Below are positions 53,894 through 64,000 of a stretch of DNA of 64,000 bases, piece after piece (within the stretch, counting starts at the first letter, position 1; each line of letters starts with the position of its first letter). Source of the stretch: Paragordius varius (taxonomy: Eukaryota > Animalia > Nematomorpha); NCBI GenBank assembly GCA_964247055.1, contig OZ176054.1, positions 7,068,001-7,132,000 of the forward strand. The letters are read 5' to 3'. The position numbers and the translations under genes were made by a program. The notes beneath the pieces were generated by a model. It was not told the DNA's origin and ran no database searches. It saw only the letters and a program-made list of their open reading frames with translations.

Positions 53894-56800
53894 ATGCTAT
53901 CGGTCACACAAATGTTTGATTTTTCTGAAAATTTGGCTCTTGTACAATCAGTTGAAGCCGCAACTAAAATTTACAAGGATGAGTGTATGTATTGCTTCGA
54001 TAATCCCGAAACAGAAACTGGTATATTTGTATCCTTAAAAACATTCTATGGTTACTGTCAACACCATTTGGATGTACTTTTCAACAAAATTCCACAGATA
54101 TTTTTGCATTATAAAAAAACTAAGCTGTTGGACGATAAGCCAGTCGCAAAAGTTACTAAATTAGCTATTGGAGGTGAACACGGTTTCCAAGTTAATAAGC
54201 AATTTCAATATCATGAACAATATACACTATATATCATGCCTGATAAATTGGAATACAATATATCAGAAACTCAACTGCCAAGTCAACTTACCCAATGTAT
54301 AAAGGATGTAATCGCAGCCATACCTGCTCTAAAAGCTACCGAAATTGATATGAAATTATTGGAATGGGATGGAGAGCAACGCCAAATTACGAAGCATGCC
54401 TACACACTAATACAAATTCCTCAATCCGAAATCCCAAATTTTCCTATAGATCTTACTAACTCCGATTTAAAATGCCGAGATTGCGACGTGACCGAAAATA
54501 TATGGTTGAATCTTAGTGATGGGGCTATCGTATGTGGACGACGAAACTTTGATGGTTCTGGCGGAAATAACCATGGTATCGAACATTGGAAAAAAACTCA
54601 GTACCCACTTGCAGTAAAGATTGGAACGATAGATGGTGAGAGCATGAGCGCAGACGTTTTCTCCTACGATGAAGATGATATGGTCTTAGATCCGAATCTT
54701 GAATCTCATTTAGCTCATTTAGGTAAACTGTTTGTTCAATTTTATACGATATTTTCACTAAATATTTATGGTTTCAATTTTTTATATTTTAATTATTGAA
54801 CCTAAACCATTTATATTTTGGACGTTTCCGTTTTCAAAGCAATTTTTATCCCCTGTTTTAGAGTCTAAAATTTGGACAGCTCCAAAACACGATTTAACTA
54901 AACAGCTGATTTTAAATATCCAGTTTTTATTCAAAATGCAAACTAAAAGATCATAAAGATTATTTACATTTTTCAACCATAATACACATTGCCTATTTTT
55001 ATAAATTGTTAGTTTGACAGGATTTCAATTTTATCAGTAACAAAAGGAACTATTATTTCAATATGGAATAGAATAACAACAAATATTTTTTAAAAATTGA
55101 ATATAAAGGACAACAAACAGTTATTCACATCCATGTTTATTCTGTTTAATGCTGACGACGGACATCCTTTATAGTGTCCGAAACGATCGCACTATTTATT
55201 TATTATTTTATATGAGACATTTTAAATAAATTTCCATATATTTTTATCGTATTATCGATGCACCTAAAAAGCTCAAGAAAGCATATTTTTAAATTTGCCT
55301 TTATACCTTAAATATTTTTTTAGATATTTAAATTTGAAATCGCTATGGGATATAAAACTACTTCAAAATGTCATGGAGTATTAATATACAAATAATTTAA
55401 TTATTCAGATACAACGAATATGCCAGAAAAATACATAAAAATTAATTAAATTATATGTTAATTTGTAAAATTAGTTTGAATTGATTTTTTTAACGGATCA
55501 CTAAAGCTTTTTGAATTTTGGTTTTAAAGTGGCTCCAAATAAAGCTCATGGTTTGGTTTTGATTAGTGTATAAAATATGTTCATTTTCAATGTATATAAT
55601 TTTCAAAGATACAAAAATCCTAAATTTGTTTTAGTGTATAATGGCCAAATATCAATGTTAATTTATTTTTATTAATTTTTGACCGTAAATTTTATGCATT
55701 CAGTATGATAATTTGAAGTTTCGTCAAAGGTTGAAACTTAATATTTGATATTGTATAATTTGTCATGTTAATCGTTTTTTTTGACATACAGGGATTGATA
55801 TGTCCAAGTTAAACAAAACTGGTAAAACTATGGCCCAGTTAGAGATTGAGATGAATGAAACGTACAGAAATGAATGGAATTCCATACAAGAACTAGGGAA
55901 AAAATTAATTCCAGTTTTTGGACCTGGTCTTACAGGGATTTATAATTTGGGAAATACCTGTTACATTTCATCCATTCTTCAAATTCTTATGAGTTTACCA
56001 CGTTTCCAACAGTCCTATTTTCAAAATTATGAATCTAACATGATTAAAGGTTTATTTATTTTCAAACCGTATTAAATATACCATTTACAGTTTAAATTTA
56101 CCCTCGAACAAATCAAATTAACCCTCGAACAATTCAAATTTACCCTAAAATAAATGTGTTTTTAAGATTAAATATTATCTATATTTTTTAAAAAAGGATA
56201 AAATCAAAATAATACAAAATAATAAACTTTTCCATAAAAATTTATTTAATTTTAATGATTCCCGAAATTTCATATTTTTTTTAGGGTGAAATTGAATCGT
56301 TAATAATATAATGATGCGTGTATCACGCGCATCGCTGTAACTTGAAACCGATGATTTTGAAATAAAAATGGAATTTAAGATTTCAGAGAATTTTGCATTT
56401 TTATATATCTTTTGATGTTACATCAACATAATAATATTAAAATAATTTAAATTTCAAAAGCTACATCTTTAAAAATGGGAAACTTAAGTATAGAATAAAT
56501 AGTTTATTTAAATAGACAAAGTATAATAGTTAGATAGATGGCTTGTTGTGAAAGGAATTCTTGGCCTCCCGTCGTGACGGAGTTTATGTGTTTGATCATT
56601 GCATTGATGGTTTTTTTGTTTAACCGATCCCCGGCTTTTATATTTTTAGCCTGCAAGTCTTGGGTAATTTTATTCTCCCATTTAATTGTTGGACGACCAA
56701 CTATGTTTTGTTTGTTTAGCTTGAAATTTGTTATATTTTTATCCAATTATCATTATCTAATCTTTGTATATGATCGTAGTAGCCGAGTCTACGGATCTGT

Positions 56801-59800
56801 GGATGTATTTTTTGTTTATCATTTTGAGAAACGGTTCGCTTAAATGTATTTATCATTCTTTGTTCCATATTTTCCTGTGTTTACTTATTTGCAATGTTTC
56901 GCAAGCATATGTTATAGTAGGCATAAGGCCAATCAGATATATTGGTTTTTTGAAGATATGAATGTTTGTTTGTGAACATTTGCTTATATTGGTTGTACCT
57001 ACCCCAACCAATTCTTAAACGATTTTTAATTGCTTCTACTTGAGCGGAAATGGTATCACCAAGGTAAGTAAACTTTTGTACTTTTTCGATGTCGCTCTCA
57101 TCTATTTTAAGGGGATATAACTTCTATGGGTGAGTACACTGTTTGGATAAAGAACATGGATGGCTTATGTAATTATTATTATTTTTAAAATTTCTTTTAA
57201 TCCTAAGCATGATTTATGTAACCAATATTGACATTTGCTGCATTTGATAGAGTTAAGCCTATTTTTTAAGCATGCGCGGCATGAGTATTTTATTATGTCC
57301 TTATTTTTTTCATCTGTTATTATCACCTTGGTTTTTTGGATGTTGTTTGGGAGGCCATAGTGCTTAAGACAATTATTCCAACGTTTGAACTTTTGACTGA
57401 GTTCGTTTAGATTTTCTGACGTTAACAATAGATCATCAGCGTAGATAATCTCCTACGGAAGGCTCGTATGGTGTCTATTATTATCGTGATTAGTAGGGGG
57501 CTGATAACAAAACATTGGTGTATTCCTGTTGTGATATGGAATGAAGTTGTGTACCCAAAATATGTGTTAAAACAAGTTTTACCAATATTTAATTATTATA
57601 AATAAACGGATGTAATTACTTCTGGTAATGGATACAAATGCAATTTAATAAGTAATTTTTTAACAGCATTTTTAATATTAGGGTGTCTCAATAACAGAAG
57701 TAACAGTCAGTAGAAATTAGGTCTGACCGGTTATGTATGCATTTATAATCGTGACGATACCCATTCAATTTTTTTGAATATATGTTTGTTTCATGTCCAT
57801 GTTTAAAAAAATAAAATAATTAAATTTAAACTTCACGTAATTTAGTTAATTTTTTTTTAAATTGTTTTATTGGTCATAAATGTTATGTACACTTTTAGAA
57901 ACCACGATTTAATAAATTATGTGATTACGTAATATTTATCCTTATGTTGTCTCAATTGACTGGTTATGACCAGTAATGATTGCATTTATAAGCAATCAGA
58001 CCGGTTATCAATTATGACTCAAAACCCAATTCATTATCATTTATATAGGCAAAAAAACTTATTTGCTCCAACTAAAAGTTATTTGGATGTTTATATATTA
58101 CTTATATCCTTTATTCAGAAAACTTTGGAGAATCTTTCGCCGGAATCAATTATAATAACCATACAAATCCATGTGACAATTTTAACATTCAGTTTGGGAA
58201 AATAGCTTTTGGACTCTTATCGGGTCGATATTCTCATGAACCTCCTATGATTAATGCAGACTCTCATTGTCAAAATGAAGAGGCACTCTTTGAAGTAGAT
58301 GGAATAAAACCGCGATCTTTTAATCAGCTGGTCAAAAAGACACACCCAGAGTTTCGGACTGATCATCAACAAGATGCCCACGAATGCCTTATTCATTTGC
58401 TCCAATTGTGTGAACAAAGCTTTGTTAATAATTCGAAGAAGGATAGTTCACATAATAATAGGAAACATTGCGACAACGATTCGAATGATATGAAAATTAA
58501 CGAGTTAATAGCTAATCCTGCCAATACCTTTAAATTTGTCGTTCAAGAACGCTGGGAATGTCCAGAGACTCATAAAGTAAATTGCTTAAATATTTAAATA
58601 CATAACGACATTATACATAATAATAAGATCAAGTATTTGGTAGTTATCAATAATGTTTAAAATAATTTGATTTAGCATGTAAAAGCTTTGTTTTTTGCTT
58701 TTTTTGAATATGCCAAGTTTCGGGATTCTGTACAGGGTGGATGAATGTATCATAAAAATATATTATATAGTTTGTGTAATTTATAATATAAGCAATAGTT
58801 GTTTGTCATAATATACGATTGAGATCATCTTTATCGGTAATTTATTGTTTTTTGTAGGTCTTTACTGAGCTTGGAAGAGTTTTTAAATTTTATTTTAATG
58901 CTTCTAACATATCATGTTCTCATCGTTCATCCAACTCAATTTTCGGGTTACAGTGGACCCGCTTCCACCTTAATGCCCATTGTAAGAAAAAATGCATGAA
59001 ACTATATACCAACTATGACCCTTTTTTGAGAATACATATAAAATTGATATTTTTGATGAAAATTTAACTAATATTAAAAAATATATAAACAATAACATAG
59101 TTTTATAGAGTTTTGATATATAAGTCTTAATTACTTTCATCATTTTTGGCTATTATGACGGTTTCATAATACTCACAAAGGAAGTTTTAAGGAAGCCGTT
59201 TTACTCAACTTTGAACGAATATCATGTAAAATTTAGGGCCATTTTAAAGATTGGAGAAGTGCATGATATGAATGATCGACTTTCATTTTGGGGTTTTTGG
59301 GGTCTTACATTTATTCACTTTATATGTACATATATATCGACACATTGTTTTTTACATAAATTTCTCCTTACGTTTTAGGTTAAATACATTGATAGGATAG
59401 AAAATTATTTGTCACTTGCTATACCGTTGGAAAAACTTATGCCTGTTGATAATCCTGATTCCGCTTCGCTAATTGAAAATAGGAAAACGACCGAAAATAA
59501 CTTAGTTGCAGACTCTACAAAAATTGAATCTGATAATATGGATGGTGATCATGAAAACCCAAACAATAATAATAATAATGCTTCTTTGGATGAAGGAACT
59601 TCTCTCGATACTTCACTCAAAATGAAAGGGAATGACATGTGTGTCACTAAACCAACCAAACATAAAATTGAATTTTCACAACTTCTTAGCACCTATTTTG
59701 AACCGGAACATGTGACAGGATTTCAAGATCCCAAATGCGGCAATGGTAATAATATTTCTTTATTTAACAATATTTCTTGGATTGCTTTATATTTTTAAAT

Positions 59801-61143
59801 ATATACTACATAAATTTTAATCCCTAACCTCCATTTTTTAACCCATTTAGAAATGGTTAAAACGTTAAAGCTTAAATCACTTCCACCTTACTTGGTGTTT
59901 CACATTAAACGTTATTCGATAATGCCGAACCCTGTGACAGGAATCTATGAACCAATTAAACTTGACGTTTCTCTCGATAATGTCCCAACTTTGCTTGATT
60001 TATCTCCACATAAATTATCCGAGGAAGACTTGTTGAAATGTTTGGAATATTTAGATCATACTGATGACCTTAAACCTTCCGCATCTTGTAGTAAGACAAC
60101 TAACAACACAATACCATTCCCAGAGGCATTTGAAAATATAACTCCATCTGTGTTAGATATGGGTTTTACACTGACTCAACTCACGAATGCTTGGCGAGTT
60201 TTGATAAAATCAAAGAGTACATCACTGAATTTAACCATGGCCCCTGAATTACCTACACTAGAAACTGTCATTAATTGGATTATGGAACACCCGTATGAAT
60301 CATTACGGGAAGAAGAAAATAACTATAAAGCTTCAAATAATTTTGATGAAAATTCTAAAAATAATTTACAAGGTAAATCTCTATATACGAAAGCAATTAC
60401 AGACACAGATCATCCACATGTTGCTTCAATCATGGGTTTAGGTTTTGAAAGGGCTCAGGCTATTATAGCATTACAACAAACACAAAATGATATTGAGAGA
60501 GCTGTGGATTGGCTCTTTAATAATCCGGATGTAAAGGTTTTTATCATATTTAAAATACATTTAAAAAATTAAAATTTTTAGCCAAATACAATTGTTATTG
60601 TGCTAAATTATAATTATTACTTTGAAAATGCCGATATGTATTAGGGCTAGAGTAAATTGATTTCACTTATTTTAGAATTTCAATCATTTTTTGTGTCATA
60701 TTTAGGGTGAAGTCGCTGAAGCACAACTAGCCAACCATTTTGATCCAAGTGTAGCCAACTCATCTACCTTTAATCATTCGCACGGGCAAAAAAATAAGAA
60801 TTCTAATCTACCTCAAAATAAAGATGAAACTTTATTAATTAAAGCACTAGTTTCCGAAAACGAAAAAAGTATTCAAGCAACAGAAGAAACGTCTCAGTAT
60901 CGTTTGAGAGGTATTGTAAGTCACATTGGTATCAATTTAGCTTGTGGACATTACGTATGCCATGTAAAAAAGCGTATACCATTAAACTTTCTCCCTAAGG
61001 AACTTAAGAATGGAGTAACTATTGACAACATTGAACCCAACAACGAACACTGGGTCATTTTCAATGATTCCAAGGTGGCATTATCTGAAAATCCACCCCT
61101 AAATTTGGCATACCTATACTTTTATGAACGCGTTAATCAGTGA
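53894..61143 (+). CDS. USP5: Ubiquitin carboxyl-terminal hydrolase 5/13 (isopeptidase T)
   Basis: Exons 53894-54722, 55792-56049, 58119-58576, 59379-59745, 59851-60536 (alternative donor at 60530), 60706-61143. ZnF-UBP CRDCDVTENIWLNLSDGAIVCGRRNFDGSGGNNHGIEH; Cys box GLTGIYNLGNTCYISSILQ; QQDAHECL; two UBA-like segments (DMGFT…, MGLGFERAQAIIALQQTQNDIERAVDWLF); His box SHIGINLACGHYVCHV; WVIFNDSKVA. USP5 vs USP13 cannot be resolved. Confidence 0.93.
56500..57480 (-). mobile_element. Degenerate RTE-like LINE fragment (RT C-terminus plus Cys/His motif) in USP5 intron 2
   Basis: YADD catalytic motif at 57443-57432 (EIIYADDLLLTSENL), then CRAC…SIKCSKCQYWLHKSC and, after broken frames, VGRPTIKWENKITQDL. 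Confidence 0.85.
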
Positions 61144-62798
61144 TATTGAATATTACTGTACATTGTTGCGAATGAATGGATGAATGAGTTTTTTTGTATG
61201 CAAGTTCATTTTTTACTCATAATGATTAATGCTTCCACTTTGTATTCATGATAAATAAATATATTACATAATATGGACCTTATCTTTAGCACATTTTTAC
61301 ATCTAATATAGATTTACATAGAAAAATGTGTGTATATAAAATTGCACAATATAGATCCGACGAAGGATTCCAGTATAAGCCATTTCCATTTATTTATTAT
61401 TAGGCTTAATGGAAACATTAGACCTTTTGCCGATAACGTAAGACTAGTTAGTAGACGATAGTCACACAACCCTTATTTGAGATTGGTAAGTTTGAGTGTT
61501 TTAGACTTGGGACAAGCTTTTTGCCGAATTTCGATTACTCAGCGCTTTTAATAAAGCAACACCGTTTTGATAGTTGCAAACCAAGAACTACACTTTAGAC
61601 CATCATGTGCATCCAATATTTTTCAATGACTTGGAATTAATTGTCTAGAAGCAACTCTTTTAAAAAACCGAAACGAGTCCTATCCAAATTAAAAAAATTA
61701 GGTAAGAAACGATTATAAACTGTTTATACCTTCCATTACTTGTTAAGAGACACTTTGGCCATATCTACACAAATAAGACCAGAATACTCAGCCTTGCAGA
61801 TGGAACATCCCTGTTAAACTATATATTTTTAATTTGCGATTACACCTCCTCATGGTATGGTGAATCATGCAGCCCCAAACCTAATTTGGATTCTATGCGC
61901 ACGAACACTGTTGTTTGCTGCCAAAAAATCTGATTTCAGTGACAAAATATACCCTTTAACCCAAAGTTACCAATATCTATTGAAAGAGGCGCTTTAGACA
62001 AATTTCTGGCCCCATAATATTGATTGTGTAAATTCATTCAAAACGAAACCAATCGCATATGCGTTGAAGTGGTGTGCGTGGTAGCGAAAAGCAACAACTT
62101 TTCGATAGCGAGAAAAATAGGCAATACTCTTTACTTTGGAAATTGTGAATATGAATATGTGGGCGATAAAATCGTTAGCGGATAGTAATATTTAGCGGCC
62201 GATATAGAAGAAAACGTTTTTTATATTATTTTTTAATTTTTTACCGTTTTTTGCATTCTACAAAATATAAAATACACTTCAACAAAATATTTTCAAAATT
62301 AGAATATTATAGCAAAGTACGCAAAGTTTCCTTAGACACTTCAACTTTTAAACATTACAAGGTCAGTTGTCCTGGACCTTAAATTTTTTAACCATAATTT
62401 TGCATGCATTTTTCTATTTTATTATTTTGCATGATTTTTTTGTTTGATTTTTCCATTCACAAACAATTTTTTTGTTTAAACTAATTCTATCCAATTTTTA
62501 TACTTTTATGCATGTTTTTAACTAAAAATTTCAATTAATAATATTAAAAAACTATATTTAATTAAAAATGATTTTAATATTGAATTAAAAAAATACTATT
62601 CTTGAATCATAAAACTGTTTTGAAAAGGTTAATTTTTATAAGAAAGATGTATGATCTATAGTATGGTTAAAAAAATTATAGGCAAAATAAAAATGTTCAA
62701 GAAACAAAGTTGAATGGCCAATGAAGTTGTAAGGACTTCTTGAAGTGTTTAAGAGCTAACTTGAAGAGTTAAAAATCACTCTATAGTGTAAATAGTAT

Positions 62799-63135
62799 AT
62801 TGTTGTTGTGGTTGTGTTTAACAGTAAGCTTTGATGGTGCACCATCGTAAGCTATCCAGCTTTTTGTGAAATAGTTCCTTATCAATACAATCTGTTTTTA
62901 GCAGTTTGAGTTGTTGGAAATCCAGATCGATCTTTTTAGTCCAGGTTAAACGTAGGCGACCGGGCTTATTGTTGCCGGATGGAATGATGTCGAATGAGGT
63001 CCTGATCTGATTGTCAGGATTCATACGGTCAAGGTGACCGTAGTACCTCATTCTTTTGAATTGAATGAATTTGTCTATTATCTCTATTTGTATGTGATTG
63101 CGGATATCTTGGGGATTTAGTTGCGTTGGCATCAG
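62799..63135 (-). mobile_element. 5'-truncated RTE-like LINE 3' end
   Basis: KRMRYYGHLDRMNPDNQIRTSFDIIPSGNNKPGRLRLTWTKKIDLD matches the RTE C-terminal RLRWYGHxxRM…GRPRxTW pattern. It ends in a short (ACA)-type tail aacacaaccacaacaac. Confidence 0.8.
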
Positions 63136-64000
63136 GCGTAGTATGCGATTTTCCGCGCTGATAAAACGTTTCTTGAGTTTGTGCCAATGCCATGTATTAT
63201 AAAAATTTTATCGCGCTCTATATATTTTTTGCATTCACTTGTTAATTTTACGAATTGAAAATGTTCGGTTTTCGCTACTCGGATAAAAAAAGTCAAAATT
63301 TATAGAAACATTGTTATATAAAATATATTATTTAACAATTTGTTTTGTGCAATTATCATCCAACAAAAAAATAATATAGTAAATATTAACTGTAAAAGTT
63401 GCTAGAGGCTTCTCGATCAATACACCCTAAAGTTAAATTGACTATGAGCCTGAAACATTATTAATTAAATTGTACTGAGTGTCTCATATATATTCTGATA
63501 GGAAAATGTATCAGGATTATCTTGGTGCTTTTGGTTTTGGCCATCGAGTGATTTAAGAAAGATATTTACTCTTTTGTAGTAACTGCTCCATATCAGAAAA
63601 TCGCAAAATTTACGCATATTTAATAAAAAAAAATTTTGTGAAAGTAAATGCTATATTCCAAAAAATCTCACTAAAATATATCAAAAACCACATATAAAAA
63701 ACAAATCAATATTCATATATAATTTTTACTTCTAGATGTGGGCTCCGAAAGTTCCATTTTTTTTCGTTAAAATAGGCTAGTTCTCTAAAAATAAACGCGA
63801 AAATGCAGGGACGGCATGATCTATGCTAAATTTTGACATAAAATTTTTTATGGTATTTCGAAACATGGCGGTAACAGTATAAAACGCTTTATGATATTAT
63901 AAAAACACTTTTTCCATATAATTTGATGATGCTGAACATTTCTCTCACTTCAGAATTTGAATTTAAAAGTTCGTTTGCTTTTAGATATATGTGAATGTTG

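Noticed and set aside
61380-62200. Moderately GC-richer region downstream of USP5, tested as a transposase relic
   Set aside because: No convincing hAT or mariner motif in any frame I tried; left unannotated.

Overview
Very AT-rich eukaryotic genomic DNA (roughly 25-30% GC by eye) with GT-AG introns and an animal-type gene set; the organism cannot be identified from the sequence. Gene order: (1) 5' part of AASS (lysine-ketoglutarate reductase half) on the minus strand, running off the left edge, with an extra 106-codon low-complexity exon. (2) About 9 kb of repeat-rich intergenic DNA with a foldback element and a mariner relic. (3) A 35-exon, ~3459-aa plus-strand gene (15848-38602) encoding signal peptide, LDLa-like module, ~25 mostly Ca-binding EGF modules with long insertions, S/T/K-rich stalk, ZP module, furin site, TM helix and tail (FBN-1/Dumpy-like). 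(4) A ~7-kb direct tandem duplication (34737-41747 / 41748-48723) that copies the last seven exons of that gene intact, giving either a second spliceable ZP-C/TM/tail cassette or an uncollapsed haplotype. (5) PPIL1, with introns of only 23 and 22 nt. (6) A NOL7/Bud21-like ORF head-to-head with (7) USP5, start codons 49 nt apart. hAT and other MITEs, mariner relics and RTE-type LINE fragments are scattered throughout. All exon coordinates and alignments were read by hand; no database search was run. Best leads: the duplicated 3' cassette and the ultra-short PPIL1 introns.
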